A program made the position numbers and the translations under genes. Under the pieces are notes generated by a model. The model worked only from the letters and a program-made list of their open reading frames with translations, was not told the DNA's origin and made no database searches. Shown here piece after piece: positions 13,582 to 25,778 of a DNA stretch of 64,000 nt; within the stretch, counting starts at the first letter, position 1; the number at the start of each line of letters is the position of its first letter. The DNA is from Eledone cirrhosa (taxonomy: Eukaryota), in the NCBI GenBank assembly GCA_964016885.1, contig OZ024743.1:86614001-86678000 (forward strand). Direction: 5' to 3'.

Positions 13582-16255
13582 TCATCATCATCATCATCAT
13601 CGTTTAACGTCCATTTTCCACGCTAGCATGGGTTAGACGGGAGTTGTCCCACTTGAGGCAAGGTTGGTCGGGTGACCGTGTCTTGCTCATATAGGACTAT
13701 CTGGCAGGTTTTCTACGGCTGGATGCTCTTCCTAACACCAACCATATTTACAGTGTGGTACTGGGAACTTTTTACAGTGTTACCTACATGGTCACATTAC
13801 AGCGGGGACTGTGTGTTTTTTTGTCGTGACACCTAGATGATCTCGATCTCATTATCTCATTTATTTGGACTGGATGTTGTGGTACCAACTTTACAGAGAG
13901 AGGGTGGTGTTGTAGGGAATGGGAGGATAGGGTAGGGGTAGTGGATTGGGGTGTATATATGGTTAAGAGGTGCCTACTGACTGTAGGTTTCGCTTTGTAC
14001 ATAGGCAAGGCGGGTCTTCTGTATTACTGCGTAGCGCCAAAGATCTCGGTCCAGTGACATTGTCTTAGAGTGTAGTATGGAAGTGTGTAAGGTCGGAATT
14101 TATTAGATCGTCCCAGGTTTTTTCTGGGTCTACCTACTCCGTAACTACCATCAATTTTGATCGCTCTGCACTTTTTTATACAGCTGTCGTCTTTCATGCG
14201 CATCACGTGGCCATACCAACGTAGTCTTCTCTCAAGTAAACAGTATCTGATCCCTCTTATTCCTAATTTCTCACTTAGTTCATTTATGCTTTGCCGTTCA
14301 CGTATATTAATATTACACACCCAACGGAGCATGCATGCTTCGTTCCTTTCCAGTCTGCGCAGGTCCTCTGCACGTAATGCCCATGTCTCACTGCCATGTA
14401 GCATTGCTGTTCGTATACCAGCATCATACAATCTGCCTTTCAATTTTAGAGAGAAACCTTTTGTGGCCAACAGCGGTATAAGCTCTCTGAACTTTTTCCA
14501 TCCCGTCCTGACTCTGGCTACTGTACTTTCAGAACACCCTCCTCCACTGCTGATTTCATCACCCAGGTAACGGAAAGTGTCTACTATTTCTATAGAACCA
14601 TCTGGGCAATAGAAGGAGCTAGTATCCTGTGTACACTTGCTACTTATTCCACCTGAGCATCGGCCACATATAAAGTCTACGTTCTTAGATAGTTTACCTG
14701 TGATCCCACTACATCTTTTATGTACCCATACTTTGCATTTGGTATATAAAATGGAATTTCTGCCTACTCCTTTCCTTCACATTGAGCATGGCCATTTCCC
14801 TGAGGGCACCTGTGCCCTATTTTCCTTTCTACAAACTAGAACTTTAGTCTTAGACAAGTTAACTTTAAGGCCTTTTGATTCTAGGCCATTCTTCCATATT
14901 TGGAATTTCTTCTCTAGTTCAGCCATTGATTCAGCTATGAGCATTAGATCATCTACGTATAGGAGTTCCCATGGGCAGCCGGTCTTGAACTCCTCTGTTA
15001 TAGCCTGAAGGGCAATAATAAATAGGAGGGGGCTAAGGACAGAGCCTTGATGAACGCCAACTTTTACACTAAATTCTTCACAATATTCATTGTTAATTCT
15101 AACCTTACTGACTGTTTCATTATACATAACTTGTATAGCTCTCACAAGTCATTCATCTACACCTAGTTTTCTAAGAGTGCACCAGATAATGGAGCAGGGG
15201 ACTCTGTCAAAGGCTTTCTCCAGGTCTACAAAAGCTAAGTAGAGGGGTTTACTTTTAGCAAGGTACTTCTCTTGTACTTGTCGTACAAGGAAAAGCACGT
15301 CTGTGGTACTTTTGCCTGACACAAACCCAAACTGCATTTCATCTAGATCAATTTGCTCTCTGATTAGTTGTGCTATAACTCTTTCTGTGACCTTCATGAC
15401 CTGGTCAACTAACTTTATGCCTCTATAGTTTCCCCTATCTAGAGCATCCCCTTTACCCTTGTAGCAGTTAATGATGCTGCTGCTACGCCAGTCTTTCAGT
15501 ATTACTTGGTTAACTATACGGTGTGTCCCACCATACCAGATGTCTTCAACATCTCAGCAACTATCTCCGAAGGCCCAGTTGCCTTGCCTGTCTTCATATC
15601 TTTGATTGCCTTACTTATTATACTACCTTTAACTTGCACCGCTGGTCCTTCTATTGCATCGATTTGGGGCAGACTATCTTTTTCCCATTTATTCTCCTCA
15701 TTTAATAGTCTCTCATAGTGACACTTCCAGGCTATCTTCTTATCAGTATCAGTGAGTGCAAGTACACTGTTATCATTACGGACACACTTCTCCCCGACAA
15801 TATCACGATTTTCCTTGATACATTGTCTAGCAATCCTGAACACCTCACGTTTTTGGTCCTCACGTTGTAAAACATGCTTGAACTTTCTATCCTCTGCTAC
15901 CCTTTTTGCAAGGTACACTTGTCTCCTGGCCACTTGATAGTGCTCTCTACTTCCCCCATCCTGCCATACTTTCCAAGCCTGCTTTTTGGCCTTGGTTGTC
16001 TCTTCCACCTTACTGTTCTACCACCAAGTTACTCTCCTCCTGCCGATAGGTCTGCTCCAGCCACAGACTTCATCCGTTGCTTTCAGCAGGTTCACTTTCA
16101 AGAATTGCCACTGTTCCTCTATATTGCACGTCTCTAATTGCTCTTCCTTATTGTCAAAGGCATCAAGTAATAAGCTTTTAAATATGTCACTGGCTATGGG
16201 GTCCTTCAACTTCCATATTCTTTTCCTCAAGGTAGGCCTCTTATGTCGTCGAGTA
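13582..16255 (-). mobile_element. 5'-truncated degenerate RTE family A (A2 subfamily)
   Basis: Fragmented ORFs 16018-16230, 15514-16008, 15149-15397, 14777-15145, 14024-14470 colinear with RTE ORF; 3' UTR and tail. Confidence 0.92.
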
Positions 16256-16519
16256 ATATATATATAAACATCAGTATGTTGTACATGTATGTTTCTCTCT
16301 TTCTATCTCTCATCATCATGATCATCATTTAATGTCTGTTTTCCCTGTTAATGGACATTAAATGATGATGGTGATGAGAGAGAGAATATATATATATATA
16401 TAGATATATCATCATCATCCTCATATATGTATGTAAAAGGTAAACAGAAATAACAACACAATTGGTACAGTATATAAAAGGGATATATTAGGTTAACGCT
16501 TGATATAGCAGGAAGAGGG

Positions 16520-16553
<34 letters not shown>

Positions 16554-16649
16554 TATATATATACACATATATATAGATGTATGTATGTATATATATATAC
16601 ATATATATATGTATATAAGAAGCTGTGTATATTTATATATATATAAGAA

Positions 16650-16697
<48 letters not shown>

Positions 16698-17073
16698 TGT
16701 GTCAGTATGTATGCACTAAATCAGTGTAAGCAGAAGGAAACAGATGAATGCTAATAGGAAGCTGTTTTTCTGTTTAACTGTATCTTATGAATATTCTATT
16801 CTTCCTGGACAACTTCAATCACAAGTCCTGGCCAGGAAACAAAGTTTATGATTAATGGTTGTCAGGAAATGAATTGTTTTCACCAGGTGTAATGTTGTGC
16901 CTTGTTCTGGTGGATCTCTATCTTCTTGTCTATGGCAACAACAACACACACACATACACATACATATATACATACACGTACAAGACATGCATACACGTAC
17001 AAGACATGCATACATACACAGATTTACACATGCACACACACATATGTACATATACCTACACAACACACACGCA

Positions 17074-20000
17074 CATCATCATCATCATCATCATCAGCGT
17101 TTAACGTCCGTGTTCCACGCTTGCATGGGTTTGGACGGGGGTAGTCCCACTTGAGGCAAGAGTGATTGTCTTGCTCGCATAGGACTGTCTGGCAGGTTTT
17201 CTACAGTTGGATGCCCTTCCTAACACCAACCACATTTACAGTGTGGGTCTGGGAGGTTTTTACCGTGTTGCCTACACGGCCACATTACAGCGTGGACTGT
17301 GTGTTTTTTTGTCGTGACACCTACACGATCTCATTTGTTTCGGCCTCGATGGCGCGGCACCAACATAACTTTACATAGAACGGGGTGGTGTGGATCGGGT
17401 GGGGGTGGTGGGACGGGGTGTATTTGTTGGAGATGCCTACTGGCTGGAGTAGGTTTTACTATATATTTAGGTAAGGCGGGTCTTCTCTGTTACTGAGTAC
17501 CGCCAAAGGTCTCGGTCCAGTGACATTGTCTTGGAGAGGTGTAAGTGTGTGATGTCGGAGTTTATCAGCTCGTCCCAGGTTTTTCTAGGTCTGCCTATTC
17601 CGTGACTACCGTCTATCTTTATTGCCCTGCACTTTGTTATACAGCTATCGACTTTCATGCGCATCACGTGTCCATACCAACGTAGCCTTCTCTCGAGTAA
17701 ACAACATCTGATCCCTCTTATCTCTAATTTATTCCTTAGTTCGTTTATGCTTTGCCGTTCACGTATATTACTGTTACACATCCAGCGGAGCATGCAAGCT
17801 TCGTTCCTCTCTAGTCTGCGTATATCCTCTGCACACAATGCCCAGGTCTCACTGCCATGCAGCATTGCTGTTCGTATGCAGGCATCGTACAACCTGCCTT
17901 TCATTTTTAGTGAGAACCCTTTAGCAGCTAATAGTGGTATAAGCTCTCTGAACTTTTTCCAACCAGTTCTGACTCTAGCTACAGTACTTTCAGAGCACCC
18001 TCCCCCACTGCTGATTTTATCGCCCAGGTAACGGAAGCTGTCCACTATTTCTATAGAACCCTCTGCGCAATTGAAAGAGCTAGTAGTTTGTGGGCACTTG
18101 CTGCTACTTATTGCACCAGAGCACCGGCCACATGTAAAATCTATGTTCTTAGTTAGCCTACCTGTGATCCCACTACATCTTTTATGCACCCATACTTTGC
18201 ATTTAGGACATAAAATGGAGTTTCTACCTACGCCTTTCCTACACACCGAGCACGACCATTTCCCAGAAGGGACCGCCGCCTTGTTTTCTTTCCTACAAAC
18301 TAGTACTTTGGTCTTAGCCAGGTTAATTTTAAGTCCTTTTGACTCTAGGCCGTGCTTCCATGTTTGGAATTTCTTCTCTAGCTCGGCCATTGATTCCGCT
18401 ATGAGTGTCAGGTCGTCTGCGTATAGGAGTTCCCATGGGCAGCCTGTCTTGAACTCCTCTGTTATGGCCTGAAGGGCAATAATAAATAGTAGTGGACTGA
18501 GAACAGAGCCCTGATGGACGCCGACTTTTACGCTAAACTCTTCACTATATTCGTTGTTAATTCTAACCTTGCTGACTGTTTCTTTATACATGGCTTGTAT
18601 AGCCCTCACAAGCCATTCGTCAACGCCTAGTTTTCTAAGAGCCCACCAGATAATGGAGCGGGGGACTCTGTCGAAGGCTTTCTCCAAGTCGACAAAAGCT
18701 AAGTAGAGGGGTTTACCTTTAGCTAGGTACTTCTCTTGTAGTTGTCGTACTATGAAAAGAGCGTCTGTGGTACTTTTGCCTGACACAAACCCGAACTGCA
18801 TTTCATCTAGGTCAATTCTCTCTCTGATTAGTTGCGCTATTACTCTTTCCGTGACCTTCATGACCTGGTCGATTAATTTAATGCCTCTATAGTTACTCCT
18901 ATCTAGGGCGTCTCCTTTACCCTTATAACAGTTAACGATGATGCTGCTATGCCAGTCCTTCGGAACAACCCCGTTTTGTACGACTTGGTTAACTATGCGG
19001 GTGACCATGGTGTGTCCCACCGTGCCAGATGCCTTCAGCATCTCAGCAACTATTTCCGAAGGCCCAGCCGCCTTACCAGTCTTCATATCCTTGATTGCCT
19101 TACTTATTATACTCCCCTCGACTAACACTGCTGGTCCCTCTATTGGGTCGATATGGGGGAGACTGCCTTTCTCCCAATTATTCTCCTCATTTAGAAGCCT
19201 TTCATAGTGACACTTCCAAGCTACCTTCTTATCAGCGTCGGTGATGGCAAGTGTGCCATCGTCGTTTAGTACACACTTCTCCCCGACAATATCACGGTTT
19301 TCCTTGACGCATTGCCTAGCAATCCTGAACACCTCACGTTTTTGGTCATCGCGTTGTAGAACATGCTTGAACTTTCTTTCCTCAGCTTCCCTTCTTGCTA
19401 AGTACACTTGTCTCCTAGCTTCCCTCCTGGCCACTTGATAGTCCTCTCTACTTCCCCCATCCCGCCATACTTTCCAAGCCTGCTTTTTGGCCTTAATTGA
19501 CCCCTCCACCTTACTGTTCCACCACCATGTTACTCTCCTCCTGCCTACAGGCCTGCTCCAGCCACAGACCTCGTCTGTCGCCAACAGCAGGTTTGCTTTC
19601 AGAAATTCCCACTCTCCCTCTATATTGTCCGACTCTAAATGTTCTTCCTTACTGTCGAAAGCATCAAGTAATATGCTTTGAAATTTATTCCTGGCTGTGG
19701 GGTCCTTTAACTTCCATATTTTCCTCCTGAGGATAGTCCTCTTCTGTTGTCGAGTACGTCTCGTCCTGACTATGAGGTCGCTAATTATCAGTCTATGTTG
19801 GGAGGTGCATTCTTCATGGGGGAGGGATTTAGTGTTAACAACAGACACTCTGTCACGTCTTCTGGTAAGGATATAATCTACCTGGCTTGTGTGTTCCCCG
19901 GATCTATAGGTGATCAGGTGATTGTCACGTTTTTTGAAGTTAGTGTTACAGATAGTTAGGTTATTTGCATCACAGAATTCCAGGATTCTGGAGCCTTCCT

Positions 20001-20586
20001 CATTTCTAGTACCAAACCCATAGCCTCCATGGATTTCGTCGTAGCCGTCACAATGTTGTCCAACGTGACCATTTAGGTCGCCTGCGATAATTATATAGTC
20101 ACTGTCGGATATTTGGGAGGTAGTTAGCATCAGTGTCTCATAGAATCTGTCTTTTATAGTGCCGGGCAGTCCGGATTGGGGTGCGTACGCAGATATTACT
20201 GTCACCGTAGTTCTATTGAGGACAAGTCGTATTTTAATTATTCTGTCGTTCACTCTATTTACGTCTATTATCTTATCTGCCCACTTTTCTGCTACCATGA
20301 TTCCTACTCCACCCAGCCCATCGTCGTTTCCCACCCAGAAAAGCTTATAACAACGTTTTTTACCCTCAATGAACCTAGCAGACCCACCCCTCCACCTGGT
20401 CTCTTGAATACAACAAACATCGACCTCCTTACGTTCAAGCATTTCTACAACCTCGTTAGCGCGACCCTTTAGGGTGCCTACATTTATGGTACCAACTCTG
20501 AAGTTTTGGATTGCGTTTGGGGGTTGGGGGCGGTGAGGGGCGGGGGGCGATGGGGTTATGTTAGCCGTCCGCGGTCGAAACAATGA
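17074..20586 (-). mobile_element. Near full-length RTE LINE, family A
   Basis: Uninterrupted ORF, ~390-bp 3' UTR, (GAT)n tail. Confidence 0.95.
17467..20585 (-). CDS. RTE ORF: APE endonuclease, reverse transcriptase with inserted PHD finger, C-terminal RRLRWYGHV domain; start codon not evident
   Basis: GTINVGTL, CIQETRW, YAPQ, GDLNGHVG, DYIL, SQHRL; QFGF, DLEKAFD, QGSVLSP, YADD, FRYLG; the track's Met lies in the flanking microsatellite. Confidence 0.93.
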
Positions 20587-21830
20587 TATATATATATATA
20601 CACACATGCATACATACATTTATTCATGTACACACATATGTACATATACCTACACAACACATACACATAATTACACACGTACAACAAATGCATACATATA
20701 CACATTTACTCAAGCACACACACACGTACATATACCTACACAACACACACACACACATATATACAGTGCCCCGCAAAAGTTTACAACACATTAGGAAAAA
20801 TGCGGTTTTAGGTATTTTTAATAAAGTTAGGGTAATAAAAATTTAACTACTGATAGAACATATAATGAGGCATTTAATGATACAATCATATTTTTTAAAA
20901 AATAACAAGGAAATAATTCATGAAGAAAAATTAATATTTTTATAACGCAAAAGTTTACAACACATTTTATATTTATCGCTTTTTTTCAAGAAAATTCTTA
21001 AATGTTCAGATTTAAAATTCAGTAGAATGTTCTAGATTAGGTTTAAGGTAACTTCTAAGGACTATTAAAAACATTACGTCATTATTTGTCTGACAACCAT
21101 CCTGTAAACATTGACAACCATCCTGTAAACATTAACAATATGGGGAAAAATAAACTGATTGATCAAGACCTCCGTAAACGCATTGTAGACCTTCATACAA
21201 TTGGTGTTGGTTATAGAAAGATATCTTGTCAGTTAAATGTGCCACTGTCCTCTAATTAGTTCTGGTTGTCCTAGAAAGATAATGGAACATGCAGCTTGGT
21301 TATTGATGAGAAAGGTTGGCAACGAACCCCGGTGTACTCTTTAAAATCTTCAGGATGACCTAGAAGAAAGTGGAGTAAAAGTGAGCACAGATACAATTAG
21401 TCGTTCACTTCGTCGATATAATATCTTCTCGAGGTCTCCAAGGAAAACACCACTTCTTACGAGGAAACACGTTCTTCGTCGATTAAACTTTGCAAATGAT
21501 CTCATCAAACCTGCGTCATTTTGGGAAGACGTACTTTAGTCGGACGAAACAAAAATTGAACTATTTGGTCGAAATGCTGTGGCAAAAGTCTGGAGAAAGT
21601 AAAGTACTGAATATTCGCCGAAGAATACTATTCCAACTGTAAAATTTGGAGGTGGATCAATCATGGTCTGGGGTTGCTTTAGTGCCACAGGTGTAGGAAA
21701 TATTGAAATAATAGAAGGAAGAATGGGTGGCGCTTATTATAGAGGTATTTTGCAAAGGAATTTACATCAAAGTGCACATTCTCTCAGCTTAAAGCCAGGT
21801 TGGTTTTTTCAACAAGATAACGATCCAAAG

Positions 21831-22103
21831 TGTGGTTAGAAAAAGCTATCTCACTTACCGCTTTTCACAGGCGCCGCTAAATTCCACTGCAGGTACTCCT
21901 CTTCCACGTGCGTCCGACTGCTTAACACCGGGAGCTGCCCAAAACGCGTCCTCACCGTATGCTGGTCACCACTAGAGAGAGGCCCTCTCCTGGCCCTTCC
22001 GGTCAAAGACCCCTTCCGGTCGAGCACTCAAAACCCCCTTCCGGTCGCCCCCCCTTCCGCCCCCCCCCGCGCTCCGGCCACCGCACGCCACACCATACCC
22101 ACA
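21831..22103 (-). repeat. 3' LTR, preceded by polypurine tract (22104-22118, GAGATCAGGGGGGCG)
   Basis: Direct repeat of 25779-26038. Confidence 0.92.
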
Positions 22104-22116
22104 CGCCCCCCTGATC

Positions 22117-24992
22117 TCAAGGATCAATTTCCCCCTCGTCCCTCTGCATATGAAAGTCTGCCGTCCAGGTCGGTGGTCTACGACTTCGTTGCGATCTTCG
22201 TAGTATTGGGGCAGGGTTCTGGGTTTCCACCTCATCTTGGGTTTGCTCTTCCTCGGAGTCCGTCGATACAGTGATTCTTCTTACATCCAGGACATGACGT
22301 GGTACCCCATCCACGGACACATTGTTCTTTGGATTTACGGCCGTCACCGTTCCCCTTCCCCATTGAGATGTGCACCGTGCATCTGGGGGCTTAACCCAGA
22401 CTTCTTCGCCCACCTGCACGAATGCACTCTCTCTCCCACTGGCCGTTGTGGTGGCATGCACGGGTGCCGCCACTCGTATTTGAATACTGCTCTGTGTGGC
22501 ACCGATTCCTCGACCTGTCCAACCCGAGGGGACATATTGTACCAGAACACTGCCTCCATTGGTGAGATATGGCCCCGCTCCGCCATTGCCTTGATCGTCC
22601 GGTGGTGTCGCTCCACGATTCCATTCCCGCTCGACCTGTGCGCCGCTCTGAAGAAACGGTCCACCTTCCATCCATCGAGCATCCCCCTCAGTGCCTCCGA
22701 GCGGAACGCTGCGCTGTTGTCCATCAGCAGTTCATCCACAGGGCCCCGCTCCAAGAACACCTCTCTCAACGTCCGCACGATTTCCTCGGCCGTTCCAGTC
22801 TTCATCTCCCTCCATATCGCCACTCGACCTGGTCCACAGTCGACCATCGAGTGGTACGTTCCCTGCCGGTAGTGCGTCACATCCACCGCTAATCGCTTCC
22901 AGTCGCGATCCACCGGGAGGCTTCCCGTTTCGTGTACACCCGGGGCGGGATCAATGGACTGACATCGGACGCAGCCTCTAACCACCCCCCGAACACTGTG
23001 TCTGCTAACGTCCGAGTCGGTTCTCCTGGCTAGGAACAGGCTCCTATCCACCCCCATGTGGTGCATGTCATGCAACCCCTTCAGGTCTAACTCGGTCAGC
23101 CGACACACGGCAGCTATCTCATCCTCTACCTCCTCCGGCGCTTCCATCCAGGCTTTCTTCACTCTAGTTAAGATGTCCGCCCTATTTTTCTCTGAAGGCA
23201 CGAACACTACGCTCAGCTTCAGGTCGAACTCGGTGGCCAGCTCTCCTAACGTTCCCAGGCGGCGCTTTATCAGCATCTCCGCCGCGCCTCTCGTTCGCAC
23301 TCTCTTCTCACTGGTGAGCACTGATCTTACCCATCCGAGTACGGTAGCCGAGTCGGTGCGTATCTCGATGGTGCGCAGCCCCCACCACAGGGCGAGGTTC
23401 ACCCCTCTCAACACCGCGTCCAGCTCGGCCACATTGATGTGGCTGCAGTTGTCCTTCTTTCTAAGCCAGGCTGCATCCTCGACCTCAACACCTCCTATCT
23501 CCAACGTGACACCCAGCGCTATGCTGCTGGCATCGCACCATACGGTCCCGCTCCGTGATTTGGGAACGTACCAGCGTCCCCGCACTGGGTCGTCGACCTT
23601 CACCCTCCCCACGATCTCCTGCATCATGGCCACCGTTCTCTCTCCCACTCTGTCACTCCAAGTCACCCCTCCCGCTCATCTCTTGACATAGCTGTATGCC
23701 GTCCGGAGCCACCCAGCGATCGGGTAGTGACCCACCAGCTTTCCACACACTGAGAAAAGCTCCCGCCTATTCATACTTGGGCCCAGTTCCGGAACTTCGT
23801 TTCCCCTCTGGAACACCAAAACGCCCGTCTTATCTCGCCGTAGCCTAAGTCCCAGCGCGGCTCCTCCCTCCAATGCTTCTGATGGCTTCGCAGTCAGTCC
23901 ATACCTCCGCAAATGGCTCGTGACCTCCGCCGTCGACACCACCGACTCGTCCACTAGGATGTTGTCAATGTAGGAGTTAGTAGCCCTCTTTATCTTGTCG
24001 GCCCTCCCCAGAGCGGTCTTGAGGACCGCCGCCATGATCTTCGGTGCGGAGCTCAGCCCGAAACCGAGCCTGGTCAGGCAATATGTCCGGCCCTTATACC
24101 TGACCAGCTGATACCGCCAGAGCTTCTCATCTATATGCAATTGCAAGTAAGCCGACTTTAGATCCATGATCGCTGAACCCCCCGTCATGTGTCTCCACTC
24201 ACGCAGGGTTTCCCCACAGACATCCGTGACCTCGCCACCCGTGTGGCATGACACGTGCTCGTTCAGCTCTCGATAGTCCAGCACCGGCCTCACCTTGCTC
24301 TTCGTGGGTTGCACCACCGCCATCAACGGCAATACTCCGCACTTCACCTCCTCCTTCCAGGGAAGCAGTATGCCCTCTTCGATCCATCTCTCTACTTCTC
24401 GCTCGAACTCGCCCCTAGCGTTTCCCTTCAATGTGTGTTGATAGCAGCCCACTTTGGTCTTCAGTGTTGGTGGTTCTCCCTTCCAGTACCACTCAACAAC
24501 TCATCGCTGCCCATCAAACATGGCCTTGAAGTCCTTGTCCTGTACAGTGTAAGCGGGGTATTGCTCCTCGTGGGCCTTCTGGTTCTCATGACGTGCACTC
24601 ACAGCGCATACCGATGCAGCGGCGCCAAACGACACACCGACATTGTTCACCGTGACGCCCCCTAGACGGCCAATCGCGTCCATGCCCATAACCACACCGA
24701 TCCCATCCACCACACTGTCTACCACGATGGCGGAAAGCCTTATCGTCCTTCCCCGTACCGCTATTTCCATCTCGCTGCGACCTCGGCATTCAATTTTCCT
24801 GCCGTCGACTGCCCTTACGCTGCTCTTCCCTCCCCACCTCTGCGCCACCCCCGCGGTCACTATTGTTGTCGTACAGCCCGTATCCACGAGGGCTCGCTGT
24901 GGCTTCCCTCTCACGAAGACTTCCACCATGGGCAGCGCCGCTACTCGTAAGGGGCAACTACCGACGCAGTAGTTCCCCTTGGACTGTTTCCC
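22117..24992 (-). pseudogene. pol (protease, RT, RNase H, integrase), defective
   Basis: ALVDTGC; DLKSAY, GFGLSSAP, YIDN (YxDD mutated); WCDASS, HINVAEL; HHCC-like motif, AVDVT/MDNS/GIVER; in-frame TGA at 24501 and 23676, frameshift near 22430. Confidence 0.9.
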
Positions 24993-25702
24993 TGGTCGCA
25001 GTTAGTAGCGATGTGGCCTGGTCGCTTACACTGGTAGCAAATTATATCCGGCTTCGACTCTCTACAGTCTCTAACCATATGCGGGCCATGACACCTAAAA
25101 CAGCGGCCCTTAAATTCTCGCGAACGGCCGCGTGACGAGGTTGCCTCCCTTTGACCATTTCACTGCCAGGTGTCCTGAGCCTCCGTAGTCGCTATCGCCG
25201 CGACACTCTTTTTGGCATCTTCCGCTATGATCCGGGCTTGTTCCACCAGTGAACGCATTTCCATCTCCTTGTACCTCGGGACTTGCTGCAGTTTCACCGC
25301 TATGTCGTCCAGAAATCCATTGATGAATGCCAACCGCACCGTGCGTTCGCATTCCGCCTGGTAACCCGCCAACATAGCCAACCGCCTTATTTCCGCTGCG
25401 AAAATGTCGACGCGCTCACCATTCCACCTGATTCTCGCCAGCTTAGCAAAAGCCGCCAACGGTCCCTCGGCGAATGCATCCATCAGACGCCTCTCAATCT
25501 TCTGCACATCTCTTTGGCTGTGCTCGTCCAACTCAAGGAAGAGTACCAACGCGTCGCCCTCGAGGTACAATGCAATGAGACCGGCCACGCCTTCTATCTT
25601 CTGCAAGCCTGCGACCAGCCGAACCTTCCGCAGCCAAGCGACAACATCACCTTCTCCGGTGAATGGCCTGATAGCTTCGTTCATCCGTAGTCTTGTCGCC
25701 AT
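24941..25702 (-). pseudogene. gag with two zinc knuckles; one in-frame TGA at 25160-25162
   Basis: Reading through the stop gives CFRCHGPHMVRDC and CYQCKRPGHIATNC, ending TAG at 24941-24943. Confidence 0.85.
24949..24992 (-). promoter_or_regulatory. -1 ribosomal frameshift signal (G GGA AAC, 5-nt spacer, stem-loop)
   Basis: Heptamer is in gag phase; stem AAGGGG-AACTAC/GTAGTT-G-CCCCTT; -1 frame opens into the protease ORF. Confidence 0.85.
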
Positions 25703-25766
25703 CTTCTGATTTGTTTTGTGGCAAGTGTTTTCTTTTTTTTTTTTTTTGTTTTTTTTTTTTTCAGTC

Positions 25767-25778
25767 GCCGAAATAGCT
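25767..25778 (-). promoter_or_regulatory. Non-canonical primer-binding site complementary to tRNA-Phe nt 1-12
   Basis: Plus strand GCCGAAATAGCT abuts the LTR; no TGG start. Confidence 0.7.

Noticed and set aside
16760-16935. Possible minus-strand exon after a CATAG acceptor
   Set aside because: No convincing donor or recognisable peptide
20586-20619. Track-assigned N-terminus MYVCMCVYIYI of the 1050-aa ORF (likewise MMMMMMIYIY at 2866)
   Set aside because: Lies in flanking microsatellite outside the element
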